A stretch of DNA of 32,000 bases, taken from positions 3,090,001 to 3,122,000 of the forward strand of contig NZ_LN831024.1 in the NCBI RefSeq assembly GCF_001457615.1, given 5' to 3'. Each line of letters starts with the position of its first letter. The first letter of the stretch is position 1. Below the pieces are notes generated by a model that did no database searches, was not told the DNA's origin, and saw nothing but the letters and a program-made list of their open reading frames with translations. Shown piece after piece: positions 24,563 to 32,000 of the stretch. Made by a program: the position numbers and the translations under genes. The stretch is from Pseudomonas aeruginosa (GTDB lineage Bacteria; Pseudomonadota; Gammaproteobacteria; Pseudomonadales; Pseudomonadaceae).

Positions 24563-25171
24563 ATGACCCGCGAAATGGCTCGGCTACTGATCAGTCCCTC
24601 CAATGCCTGGCCTCGTCTGCGCCAGGACTACGACCATCACCCTTTCGCCTTCCTCGTTCCGCTGTTGCTATTGCCGCTGCTGCCGGCGGCCTGCCTGTTC
24701 ATCGGCACTACCCAGGTCGGCTGGTCGCTGCCGGGCAACGACAGCGTGCAACACCTCTCCAGCGGCAGCGCCCTGCTGCTGGCGACGATGTGTTACCTGG
24801 GCTTCGTCGCCGGCGTGGTGATCATGGGCTTATTCGTACGCTGGGTGCTGTTCCGCACGCCGTCGCGCCCCAGCGTACCGGGCAGCCTGACCTTCACCAC
24901 GGCGATCGCCGTGCCCTTGATGCTCGCCGGGATCGTCGCCCTGGTGCCCTGGCGGATCCTCCTGCTGCTGGCCGCGGCGGCTGCCTGCGCCTACTCGGTA
25001 CGCCTGCTGTTCACCGGCCTGCCGCTGTTCATGCGCATGCAGGAGCGGCAGACATTGTTCTACGCCTTCTGCATCCTCGGCGTCGGCTTCCTGACCCTGC
25101 TGACCACCGCCTTCATCTTCATCGAGTTCTGGGGGCAAAGCCTGGCCGGCAGCGGCGAGTACCTGCGCTGA
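24563..25171 (+). CDS. Yip1/DUF1282-type polytopic inner-membrane protein
   Basis: 202 aa from ATG 24563 after AAGAGG. N-terminus LLISPSNAWPRLRQ, then five hydrophobic spans. The family call is tentative. Confidence 0.65.
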   Translation: MTREMARLLISPSNAWPRLRQDYDHHPFAFLVPLLLLPLLPAACLFIGTTQVGWSLPGNDSVQHLSSGSALLLATMCYLGFVAGVVIMGLFVRWVLFRTPSRPSVPGSLTFTTAIAVPLMLAGIVALVPWRILLLLAAAAACAYSVRLLFTGLPLFMRMQERQTLFYAFCILGVGFLTLLTTAFIFIEFWGQSLAGSGEYLR

Positions 25172-25174
25172 GGC

Positions 25175-27127
25175 TCAGCCGGCCTTCAGCGTGCCGGTCA
25201 GGAACAGGTACAACTCTTCCTGGCCGAACGGCTTGGCCAGCTTGGGCAACTGTGCCGCCGCGCCTTCGATCTTTTCCGCGAAGCCGGTGGCCAGGGCCAT
25301 TTTCAGCGGCCGGCCCTGGGCCATGACCCGCTCCACCAACTGGCTGCCGTTCATCCGTGGCATCGCCTGGTCGGTCAGGAGGATGTCCAGCTCCGGCGTC
25401 GCCGTGAGAATCTCCAGGGCCAGGCTGCCGGAGTCGGCCTTGAGTACCGAGCAACCGAGGTCCTCCAGCATCGCCGCGGTGTTGTTCAACACCAGCGGAT
25501 CGTCGTCCACCACCAGTACTCGACAGGACAAGCGCACCCGCTCGCTTTCGCTGGGCGGCTGCGGCGTCGCGCCATTGCCCGTACGGGCGCTTTCCGGGGT
25601 TCGCGGGACGGCGGGTATCCAGATGTTCGCGGTGGTGCCGACGCCCGGCTGGCTCTCCAGGGTGAGCCGGCCGCCGAGCTGCTCGGCGAGGCCGTCGACG
25701 ATCGACAGGCCCAGCCCGGTGCCACGCCCAATTCCCTTGGTGGTGTAGAAGGGTTCCACCGCACGGCGCAGGGTTTCCTCGTCCATGCCGCTGCCGGTGT
25801 CGCTGATGCTCAGGCAGATATAGTTGCCCGGTGCGAGGCGATGGGGATTGTCCGCCGGCACCCGCTGGTTGCTCGCGGAAAAGACGATGCGCCCGCCGTT
25901 GGGCATGGCGTCGCGGGCGTTGGTGGCAAGGTTGATGATGGACAGTTCGAGCTGGTTGGCGTCGGTCAGGCCGAGGTCGAGATCCAGGGGAAAGCGCGTC
26001 TCGATCGATACGCTTGGTCCCAGGGAATGGATCAGCAGGTCGGTCATCCCGCGCAACAGGTCGGGGATCGCGCAGGGCTGTGGATCGAGACGTTGCTTGC
26101 GGGCGAAGGAAAGCATCCGCTGGGTCAGGTTGGCGCCGCGCTGGGCGGCCTCCAGGGCGTTCTGCAAGAGGTCGGCGGTGCGCTGGTCGCCGGGCAGGCG
26201 TTTCTTCAGCAGCCCGAGGCTGCCGATGATCACCGTCAGCAGGTTGTTGAAGTCGTGGGCCACGCCGCCGGTGAGGTGCCCCAGGGACTCCATCTTCTGG
26301 GCCTGGAACAGCTCCTGGCGGGCCCGTTCCAGTTCGCGTTCGGCTTCGATCCGGTGGGTGATGTCACGGGTTACCTTGGCGAAGCCGATCAGCCGGCCAT
26401 CGCTGTCGCGGATCGGATCGATCACCACGTTGGCCCAGAAGCGACTGCCGTCCTTGCGCACCCGCCAGCCTTCCTTCTCGAAACGCCCTTCGCGTTCGGC
26501 GGCGGCCAGGCCGCGGGCCGGCTCGCCGGCCTCGCGGTCTTCGGGGGTGTAGAAGCAGGAGAAGTGCCGGCCGATCACCTCTTCCGGCAGGTAGCCCTTG
26601 ATCCGCTGGGCGCCGAGGTTCCAGTTGGTGATCCGCCCGCGGTGGTCGAGCATGTAGATGGCGTAGTCGGTAACGCTCTGCACCAGCAGGCGGAACTGCT
26701 CCTGGCTGCGCCGCAGCGCCTCCTTGGCCGCGCGCCCTTCGCTGAGGTCGTGGATCAGCTGGGCGAAGCCGAGCAACTGGCCCTGGCTGTCGCGGATGGC
26801 GTCGATCACCACCTGCGCCCAGAAGCGCTTGCCGTTGCTGCGCACCCGCCAGCCCTCGGTCTCGAAGCGGCCCTCGGCATCCGCCTGGCGCAGCGCCTGT
26901 TGCGGAACGCCGGCGTCGCGGTCCTTGCGGGTATGAAAGCAGGCGTAGTCGCGGCCGAGGATCTCGCTCGCGTCGTGGCCGAACAGGCGCGCCGCGCCGG
27001 CGCTCCAGCTGGCGATACGGCCAGCGCTGTCCAGGGTGTGGATCGCGTAGTCGTCGACCGCTTCGTCGAGCAGGCGGTTGCGCGTGGCCTGGTTCAAGGG
27101 GACTTTCGGTTTTCTTGTGGTTTTCAT
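25175..27127 (-). CDS. Cytoplasmic hybrid sensor histidine kinase (PAS-PAS-HisKA-HATPase_c-REC)
   Basis: 650 aa from ATG 27127. It has two PAS/PAC repeats (..RFWAQVVIDAIRD.. and ..RFWANVVIDPIRD..). The H-box is GGVAHDFNNLL, the N box is NLATNARDAM, and G boxes are present. The C-terminal receiver motifs are VLVVDDDP..LLTDQAMP. Confidence 0.92.
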   Translation of the reverse strand: MKTTRKPKVPLNQATRNRLLDEAVDDYAIHTLDSAGRIASWSAGAARLFGHDASEILGRDYACFHTRKDRDAGVPQQALRQADAEGRFETEGWRVRSNGKRFWAQVVIDAIRDSQGQLLGFAQLIHDLSEGRAAKEALRRSQEQFRLLVQSVTDYAIYMLDHRGRITNWNLGAQRIKGYLPEEVIGRHFSCFYTPEDREAGEPARGLAAAEREGRFEKEGWRVRKDGSRFWANVVIDPIRDSDGRLIGFAKVTRDITHRIEAERELERARQELFQAQKMESLGHLTGGVAHDFNNLLTVIIGSLGLLKKRLPGDQRTADLLQNALEAAQRGANLTQRMLSFARKQRLDPQPCAIPDLLRGMTDLLIHSLGPSVSIETRFPLDLDLGLTDANQLELSIINLATNARDAMPNGGRIVFSASNQRVPADNPHRLAPGNYICLSISDTGSGMDEETLRRAVEPFYTTKGIGRGTGLGLSIVDGLAEQLGGRLTLESQPGVGTTANIWIPAVPRTPESARTGNGATPQPPSESERVRLSCRVLVVDDDPLVLNNTAAMLEDLGCSVLKADSGSLALEILTATPELDILLTDQAMPRMNGSQLVERVMAQGRPLKMALATGFAEKIEGAAAQLPKLAKPFGQEELYLFLTGTLKAG

Positions 27128-27356
27128 GGACGTGTTCACTCGTCGGCTGCTCGACCCGGGCTGCAAGGCACACCCAGCAAGGTAGTACGAAGAACGGCTT
27201 CCGGCCGCTCGCTGGCTCGCCCCAGGAACTTGGCCGACCTTTCGGAAGACCCCGGCGCGGCCGGCGAATTCCATTCGCCGGAACCTTGTCCGGAGTATGG
27301 CTTTCGATATGCAGGTAGGGACATCTCCTTTCCACCGCACCGACCCCGGAGTTCCC

Positions 27357-27947
27357 ATGCGCAATCTGGAAACCGCAACCCTGAAGCTGGGGATATTCCA
27401 TCCCCACGACAGCCTGAGCCAGGCGCTGATCGCCGCCGCCCTGCAGCGGCAGATCGAAGTCAGCGCCTTGCAAGCCGACCTCAACAGCCTGCAGGCGCGC
27501 CCCGGGCTGCGCTGCAAGCCAGCCAGCCTGGCGTCGTCGATCGAGGTCAGCCAGGCGGCGGCCGGTCTCGACCTGCTGTTCGCGCCGTTGTCCGACTACG
27601 CCGCCGAAGCCTTGCCGCCGATCTGCGCCGCGCTGATCGATGGCGCCCTGCGCGCCGAGGTACCGCGCCTGTTCCTGCTTGGCCATTGGCAATGGCTGGT
27701 GGCGCCGCGCGATGCCGGCGAGGAGCAACTGGGTGCCGGGCTCGAGCGCAGCCTCACGGTCAGCGGCCTGGACTGGACGCTGGTGGAGGTCCCGAGCCTG
27801 CCCGCCGGCCTGCGCATCGACGATTTCAGCCGCGCCGGCGACGTCGCGGAAGTGGAGGCCGCCAGGGTGTTCGCCTGCGCCGAAGCGCTGCTCGACGAAG
27901 TCCGTCTCGGCCTGCACAAGCGCCAGTGCCTGCGCCTGGCGCCCTGA
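27357..27947 (+). CDS. NAD(P)H-binding-fold-like protein with degenerate glycine motif
   Basis: 196 aa from ATG 27357; ATG 27297 is an alternative. The layout resembles atypical SDR/NmrA-like proteins (..LDWTLVEVPSL..), but the N-terminal GxxGxxG is replaced by LGIFHPHDSLSQAL. Confidence 0.5.
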   Translation: MRNLETATLKLGIFHPHDSLSQALIAAALQRQIEVSALQADLNSLQARPGLRCKPASLASSIEVSQAAAGLDLLFAPLSDYAAEALPPICAALIDGALRAEVPRLFLLGHWQWLVAPRDAGEEQLGAGLERSLTVSGLDWTLVEVPSLPAGLRIDDFSRAGDVAEVEAARVFACAEALLDEVRLGLHKRQCLRLAP

Positions 27948-27959
27948 GGAGAACCCGCC

Positions 27960-28307
27960 ATGTCCGGACCCGATACCCTCAGCCAGGCCTTCGGCACCCT
28001 GCTGCTGGCCCTGGCCTTCAGCGCCTTCATCGTTTTCGTTCGCGGCTACCGCCCGGGCGGGGTCAGCGGCGCCTGGTACGACCTGGTGCTCGCCTTCGTC
28101 GCGGTATGGCTGGCGTTCTGGCCCGAAGCCGGCGTACTCGCACGCTCGCCGAGCCTGGCCAATGCCCTGGGGTTGGTCTTGCAGGTCGGCGCTACCCTGC
28201 TCGGCTGCCTGCTCGGTTACGGGGTGGCAAGGGGATTGCGGCGGGCGATGCGGGAAACCCGGCAAAAAAGATCGGCTTCTTCGCCAACGAGCCGGCGAGG
28301 TTCCTAG
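27960..28307 (+). CDS. Small membrane protein (three predicted TM segments)
   Basis: 115 aa after GAGGAG, 12 nt downstream of the previous stop. Hydrophobic segments followed by a basic tail. Confidence 0.6.
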   Translation: MSGPDTLSQAFGTLLLALAFSAFIVFVRGYRPGGVSGAWYDLVLAFVAVWLAFWPEAGVLARSPSLANALGLVLQVGATLLGCLLGYGVARGLRRAMRETRQKRSASSPTSRRGS

Positions 28308-28635
28308 AGGAAATATCGAGAAAATCCATATAACCATATGGGCGAAAAGCTCTTTCGAATGCCCATAAGGAGCGCCGAACGGGCTTTTCGCCCGTCATGA
28401 TCGCACTCCGACATGAGCGTTCTGCACGACTTCTTGCATTCTGCATCCCGCGCCTCATGCGGGATACAGCTTATCCCGCAGATTCTGGATGTGGCCGGTA
28501 TTTCATCGGCGCGGCGCCTATAGTTATCCCTACCGTTGTACGTATCGACGGTTTCTCTCTGATTCAGGCTAATCCCGCTCCAGGGACGGAGTGGATCTTT
28601 TTCTTGCGCTTCGCGAACTGGGGAGACCTGACCAG
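28308..28635. other. 328-bp low-GC, highly structured non-coding region (candidate sRNA or regulatory leader)
   Basis: Noticeably AT-richer than its flanks. Contains ccatat-aacc-atatgg, gggcgaaaagc...gcttttcgccc with nested atgggc/gcccat, and the three-way alternative pairing atcccgc / gcgggata / tatcccgc (28445-28479). Confidence 0.35.
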
Positions 28636-28899
28636 ATGAACCTTTCCTACCTGTACCTGAAGAAGATCCTCGAGGAGGAACTGCGCGACCACGACTGCCA
28701 GTGCCAACTGAACCCCGACTTCACGGTGACCATCAGTTGCCGCGTCGACGGCCCCCACGGCGCGCTCTACATCGTGCCCAACAGCGACTTCCTGAAGAGC
28801 AGCAGCTTCAGCGACCTCAGCGCCTTCATCCTCAACCTGCGCGAGGAAATCAGGCGCTTCGGCGAGTTCGAGGCGGAACTCCAGACCGGCACCGGCTGA
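28636..28899 (+). CDS. Small hypothetical protein, DUF1652-like (paralog of 20196-20465)
   Basis: 87 aa from ATG 28636 after GGGGAG, high GC3. MNLSYLYLKKILEEELRDHDCQCQLNPDFTVTISC... Confidence 0.65.
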   Translation: MNLSYLYLKKILEEELRDHDCQCQLNPDFTVTISCRVDGPHGALYIVPNSDFLKSSSFSDLSAFILNLREEIRRFGEFEAELQTGTG

Positions 28900-28931
28900 G
28901 CCCCTCCCCCCTTCTTTTTCCCCTCCCGCCG

Positions 28932-29153
28932 TCAGGGCTGCTGGTAGTGTCCCGGCGTGGTGCCCGGCTCATGGGTACGCTCCACCTTGCTGACCTGGAT
29001 ATCGCTGATCGCCTCGGCGTCGTGCGGTCGATGCAGTGCCTCCAAGTGGCGGCGGGCCTCTTCGCGGCTGAGGGTATCCGCCTCGCTGTGCAATTCGCAG
29101 GTCATCGGCTGGTCGTCGAGGATGTAGCTGATCAGGAACAGATGGCTGGCCAT
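28932..29153 (-). CDS. Small hypothetical protein (73 aa)
   Basis: ATG 29153 follows a strong GAGGAGG. No recognisable domain. Confidence 0.55.
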   Translation of the reverse strand: MASHLFLISYILDDQPMTCELHSEADTLSREEARRHLEALHRPHDAEAISDIQVSKVERTHEPGTTPGHYQQP

Positions 29154-29174
29154 CGTCTCGCCCTCCTCTCTTCG

Positions 29175-29203
29175 ATGGGCCCTGCGCCTGGCGCAGGGCC
29201 CAT
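29175..29203 (-). terminator. Perfect 13-bp hairpin after the DUF2892 gene (terminator or RNA-stabilising stem; no U-tract)
   Basis: atgggccctgcgc-ctg-gcgcagggcccat, 5 nt downstream of stop 29209-29211 on the minus strand. Confidence 0.5.
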
Positions 29204-29208
29204 GGCTA

Positions 29209-29559
29209 TCACGGCAGGTTCGGCGGCAGTTCGGCGTCCAGCGCAGCGTCCTGCCGCGAGTCGTCGCGCTGGCGCTCCTGCAGGCGCTGCAGGCGGCGGG
29301 TCAGGTGCTGCACCTCTTCGCGCAGCAACTGCAACTCTTCCCGCGGTTCATTGAGCAGGCCCTTGACATGGCAATGCCCACTCAACCCGCGGCTGACCAG
29401 CAGGCCGCCGGCGACCGCCTTGCAGGCGCCTGGCAAGCCACCGCGGGCCAGGCCGAAGCCGGCCAGGACCAGTCCGGCGCCGATGGAAGCGAGTCGCTCG
29501 CCGCGCTGCAGGTTGTGCGGCAGGCCATTGGCCGTCGAAGTCGGCAGGTATTCGTTCAT
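29209..29559 (-). CDS. DUF2892 (YgaP-like) membrane protein with C-terminal coiled-coil tail
   Basis: 116 aa from ATG 29559 after AAGGAG. GERLASIGAGLVLAGFGLARGG..GGLLVSRGLSGHC is the typical DUF2892 hairpin. Confidence 0.7.
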   Translation of the reverse strand: MNEYLPTSTANGLPHNLQRGERLASIGAGLVLAGFGLARGGLPGACKAVAGGLLVSRGLSGHCHVKGLLNEPREELQLLREEVQHLTRRLQRLQERQRDDSRQDAALDAELPPNLP

Positions 29560-29585
29560 GGAATTCTCCTTGCTTCGGTTATCGG

Positions 29586-30662
29586 TCAGGCTTCGTCGTC
29601 CGGCGGTTGCACGAGGAACTCGACCAGCGTCCGCCGGCAAGCCTCGATGCCCTCTTCCAGGACGATCTCGAAACCGTGGGTGTTCTCGGTCGGAATGCCG
29701 ATGCAGCCGACCTGCGCGGCCTCGCCGTGGCTCAGCAGCGCGCTGGCGTCCGAGGCGAAGTCCACCAGCAGCGCCGCCTGCGGCTGGTACTGGCAGCGTT
29801 CGGCGGCGCGCAACAGGCGGTCGGTGACATGGCGGCTGTAATAACCCTTGGAGTCGCCGCTGTTGACGATCGGGTCGCGGCACAGCCGGGTGCCGTATTC
29901 GGCTACCGTTGGGCCGACTTCCACCGCGATGCTGATGTCGCCCGGCAGTCGGCGCGCGGCGAACAGCGCGCCGGCGTTACTCTCCTCCTCCATGGTGGTG
30001 AGCACCAGGTAGAGGTCGCCGTGCAACTCATCGCGGCGCCGGGCGATCTCGCGAGCCACGCCGAGCACTGCGAGCAGCGGTGCGCGGTCGTCGAGGAAGT
30101 GCGCGGCGACGCAATCCTGGAAGTACAACGGGCGCCGCCACAGACGGTTGAGCACCACGCGGGTACCCGGTCGCACGCCCAGGTTCGCCAGCTCCTCGGC
30201 GCTGCGCCGGGTGACCACGTGTACGTCGCGCCAGTGCACCGCGCCCGAGAGCACGTCGGAGCCCTGCGGCGACTCGCCGGTAGCATGCATGCTGCCGTAG
30301 GACAGCACGCCGTCGAGTACCGCCTCGCCGGCCAGGATCTGTACCGGACAGACGCCGAAGCTCACCGGCTGGGCGCCGCCGAGCGCCACTACGCGCAGGG
30401 TACCGTCGGCCTCGACGCGCTTGACGATCATGGCGATCTCGTCGAGGTGCGCGAGCAGCCGCACCGCGGCCCGCCGCGCCTGCTCGCGCGGCAGGTGCGG
30501 CGGGCTGATGCGCGCGACCAGGTTGCCGGCGGCATCGCTGCCGACCTCGTCGCAACAGCCCTCGAGTTCCCGCTGGCAGATGGCCCTGACCTCGTCTTCC
30601 TGGCCACCGGGGCCACGTGCCAGCAGGAGTTCCTCGAGCAAGGCGCGGTCTTCTTCGCGCAT
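29586..30662 (-). CDS. M42-family metallo-aminopeptidase (FrvX/YsdC/TET-like)
   Basis: 358 aa. Metal-ligand motifs are retained: AHLDEIA, FLDDRAP, TTMEEES, IAVEVG, ENTHGFE. Confidence 0.85.
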   Translation of the reverse strand: MREEDRALLEELLLARGPGGQEDEVRAICQRELEGCCDEVGSDAAGNLVARISPPHLPREQARRAAVRLLAHLDEIAMIVKRVEADGTLRVVALGGAQPVSFGVCPVQILAGEAVLDGVLSYGSMHATGESPQGSDVLSGAVHWRDVHVVTRRSAEELANLGVRPGTRVVLNRLWRRPLYFQDCVAAHFLDDRAPLLAVLGVAREIARRRDELHGDLYLVLTTMEEESNAGALFAARRLPGDISIAVEVGPTVAEYGTRLCRDPIVNSGDSKGYYSRHVTDRLLRAAERCQYQPQAALLVDFASDASALLSHGEAAQVGCIGIPTENTHGFEIVLEEGIEACRRTLVEFLVQPPDDEA

Positions 30663-30665
30663 GCC

Positions 30666-31136
30666 TCAGGCCGCCCGTTTTTCCAGGCGCGCTTTCAGCT
30701 CTTTCTTGTGCTGCTGCATGGCCTGGCCGAGTTGCTTGAGGGCGGCGGCGTCGAGCAATTGCCGGGCGCGTGGGAATAGTTCGCCCTCTTCCTCCTCGAT
30801 GTGGTGTTCGAGGAGTTCCTTGAGCACCTTGACCCGGCCGGCGAACTGCACGGTATCCGGGCGGGTGCGCTTGAGGTCGGGAAGGACCAGGGAATCCACC
30901 GTGCGGTGTTCCTCCTTGGCCTCGTAGTACATTTTCAGCTCTTCCTTGCCGCCGCTTTCCCTGATCGCCGGATAGAAGATGTCTTCCTCGATGGCGGTGT
31001 GCAGCACCAGTTCCAGCTCCAGCCTGCCCAGCAGCTCGCTGCGCTTCTTCAGCGCCCGTTCGGTGGTCTCGCTGAGTTCGTTGAGCAGTTTCTTCACGGT
31101 CTCGTGGTCATGGACCAGCAATTCGATGGCGTTCAT
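30666..31136 (-). CDS. Hemerythrin (HHE cation-binding) domain protein
   Basis: 156 aa. MNAIELLVHDHETVKKLL..HTAIEEDIFYP..EEHR..LLEHHIEEEE. Its stop lies 3 nt before the M42 start. Confidence 0.85.
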   Translation of the reverse strand: MNAIELLVHDHETVKKLLNELSETTERALKKRSELLGRLELELVLHTAIEEDIFYPAIRESGGKEELKMYYEAKEEHRTVDSLVLPDLKRTRPDTVQFAGRVKVLKELLEHHIEEEEGELFPRARQLLDAAALKQLGQAMQQHKKELKARLEKRAA

Positions 31137-31210
31137 GGTCGCTCCTCATCGGTTTGTTATCCGAGTGCTCCGGCACTCTCTCTGGCTGAGCGCGCGTTCC
31201 TCCGCCGAGT

Positions 31211-31420
31211 TCAGTCGCGAGGACGGGCGGTCGCCGCACGCGGGCCGGCGACCGCCCAGATCAGCACGCCGAGCACCGGCAGCACCGCGATCAGCAACGA
31301 CCACAGGGCTTTCGAATTCACGCTGCGATCGCTGCGGAACACGCTGACGAAGGCCCACAGGTCGTAGAAACCCACCAGCGTGGCCAGGCCGATGAGCAGG
31401 AAAGCCAGGGACTGGCTCAT
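31211..31420 (-). CDS. PLDc_N-type small membrane protein
   Basis: 69 aa from ATG 31420 after GAGGAGG. Two TM segments with ..SKALWSLLIAVLPVLGVLIWAVAG. Confidence 0.7.
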   Translation of the reverse strand: MSQSLAFLLIGLATLVGFYDLWAFVSVFRSDRSVNSKALWSLLIAVLPVLGVLIWAVAGPRAATARPRD

Positions 31421-31446
31421 GGCGCGCTCCTCCTCGCGGGGTCGGC

Positions 31447-31899
31447 TCAGGCGCGGGCGTCGCGCAGGGCTCGGACCCGGTCGTGGTGACGGAGTACGCC
31501 CTGGTATTGGCGCTCGATCACCTGGTGGATCTCCGCCGGCAGCGATTTTTCCAGCGCCGCCTGGTAGCGGTGCTTGGCGACATCCTCGCCGCGCTCGCAT
31601 TCGTTGAGCACCGCCTCTTCGTCCTTGCCGGTGACCAGTGACTTCAGGTCGACCCAGCGCCGATGCAGGTCACCGGCGAAACTGGTGCTGTCCTTGGGTT
31701 TGCCACCCAGTTCCAGGACGATCCGCTCCAGCTCGTCGGCGGCCGCGGCGCAGTCGCGGCTCTGCTCCAGCATCGCCGCCTTCAACTGCGGGTCGCGCAG
31801 GTCCTCGGCGCAGGCGTGGAAACCGGCCTCGCCATCCTTGCTGGTTTGCAGCAGGTCGTTGAGTACGTCGAGGGTGTCGTCGAGGTTGGTCTGGTTCAT
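31447..31899 (-). CDS. PA2169-family four-helix-bundle (ferritin-like, DUF2383) protein
   Basis: 150 aa. LDVLNDLLQTSKDGEAGFHACAEDL..LNECERGEDVAKHRYQAAL. Recalled as the name-giving member of this family. Confidence 0.85.
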   Translation of the reverse strand: MNQTNLDDTLDVLNDLLQTSKDGEAGFHACAEDLRDPQLKAAMLEQSRDCAAAADELERIVLELGGKPKDSTSFAGDLHRRWVDLKSLVTGKDEEAVLNECERGEDVAKHRYQAALEKSLPAEIHQVIERQYQGVLRHHDRVRALRDARA

Positions 31900-32000
31900 T
31901 TCGCTCTCCTTGGCCCGGAGCTGTCCGGGATTTCTCGCGTCTGTCGGCGCCGGCGCCTGCCGGCACGGAACGTGGGCAGCAACCAGCGCCCACGGAAGGT

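Noticed and set aside
25841-28333. Very long alternative-frame or antisense ORFs (for example 25841-28333 + 830 aa, 26364-28337 - 657 aa, 4511-6238 + 575 aa, 1006-2070 -, 3326-4357 -, 20190-21539 -, 21697-23022 -, 9433-10722 +, 10683-12242 +)
   Set aside because: Their translations are Arg/Ala/Gly/Pro-rich low-complexity strings, as expected for off-frames of about 66% GC DNA. They overlap genes with clear domain signatures, good RBSs and high GC3, and none shows a recognisable motif.
28397-28639. 80-aa ORF ending in an ATGA overlap with the DUF1652-like gene start
   Set aside because: By hand count only about 43 of its 81 codons end in G/C, against the strong G/C-ending bias of neighbouring genes. 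It has no convincing SD at the right spacing and no recognisable fold. It is treated as non-coding structured RNA/DNA, though ribosome profiling could overturn this.
1-32000. Search for mobile elements, prophage, integrases, tRNA/rRNA genes, toxin-antitoxin pairs or defence-island hallmarks
   Set aside because: No transposase, integrase or recombinase motifs, no terminal inverted or direct repeats bracketing a segment, and no tRNA-like cloverleaf regions were seen. Every stretch over 300 bp is accounted for by the genes or leaders listed.

Overview
This is high-GC (about two-thirds G+C by eye) Pseudomonas aeruginosa-type chromosomal DNA. From memory, not from a search, gene order and protein sequences match the PAO1 PA2206->PA2169 region in reverse orientation. 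All family calls come from motif recognition. Left to right the window holds: a LysR fragment; a lipoprotein; an amino-acid ABC importer (binding protein plus two permeases, no ATPase); a PoNi/DUF1911-like protein; and a CSS-EAL c-di-GMP phosphodiesterase. Next is a TetR-linked three-gene oxidoreductase operon, then the cyanide synthase genes hcnCBA with their quorum-sensing/ANR/RsmA control region, a CBS-pair gene and the type III effector exoY. The rest is a long run of stationary-phase or stress-type genes: a KGG-repeat protein, a ClpP-like protein, a Zn-ADH, a low-affinity iron permease family protein, Mn-catalase katN, a YciE-like ferritin fold, a hemerythrin, a PA2169-family bundle and an M42 peptidase. 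A hybrid PAS histidine kinase and several small unknowns sit among them. I found no tRNA, rRNA, CRISPR array, integrase, transposase or prophage. I see no clear new defence or mobile system. The observations most worth follow-up are: (1) hcnA is disrupted by a 1-nt frameshift; (2) a decayed GH13 glycosidase gene stub lies between the hcnA promoter and the CBS/exoY block; (3) an uncharacterised divergent cassette encodes a heme-oxygenase-like diiron oxidase, an NPPY methyltransferase and a GCS2 carboxylate-amine ligase; (4) an unstudied five-gene operon lies at the right end; (5) several structured low-GC leaders and shared operator motifs are present.
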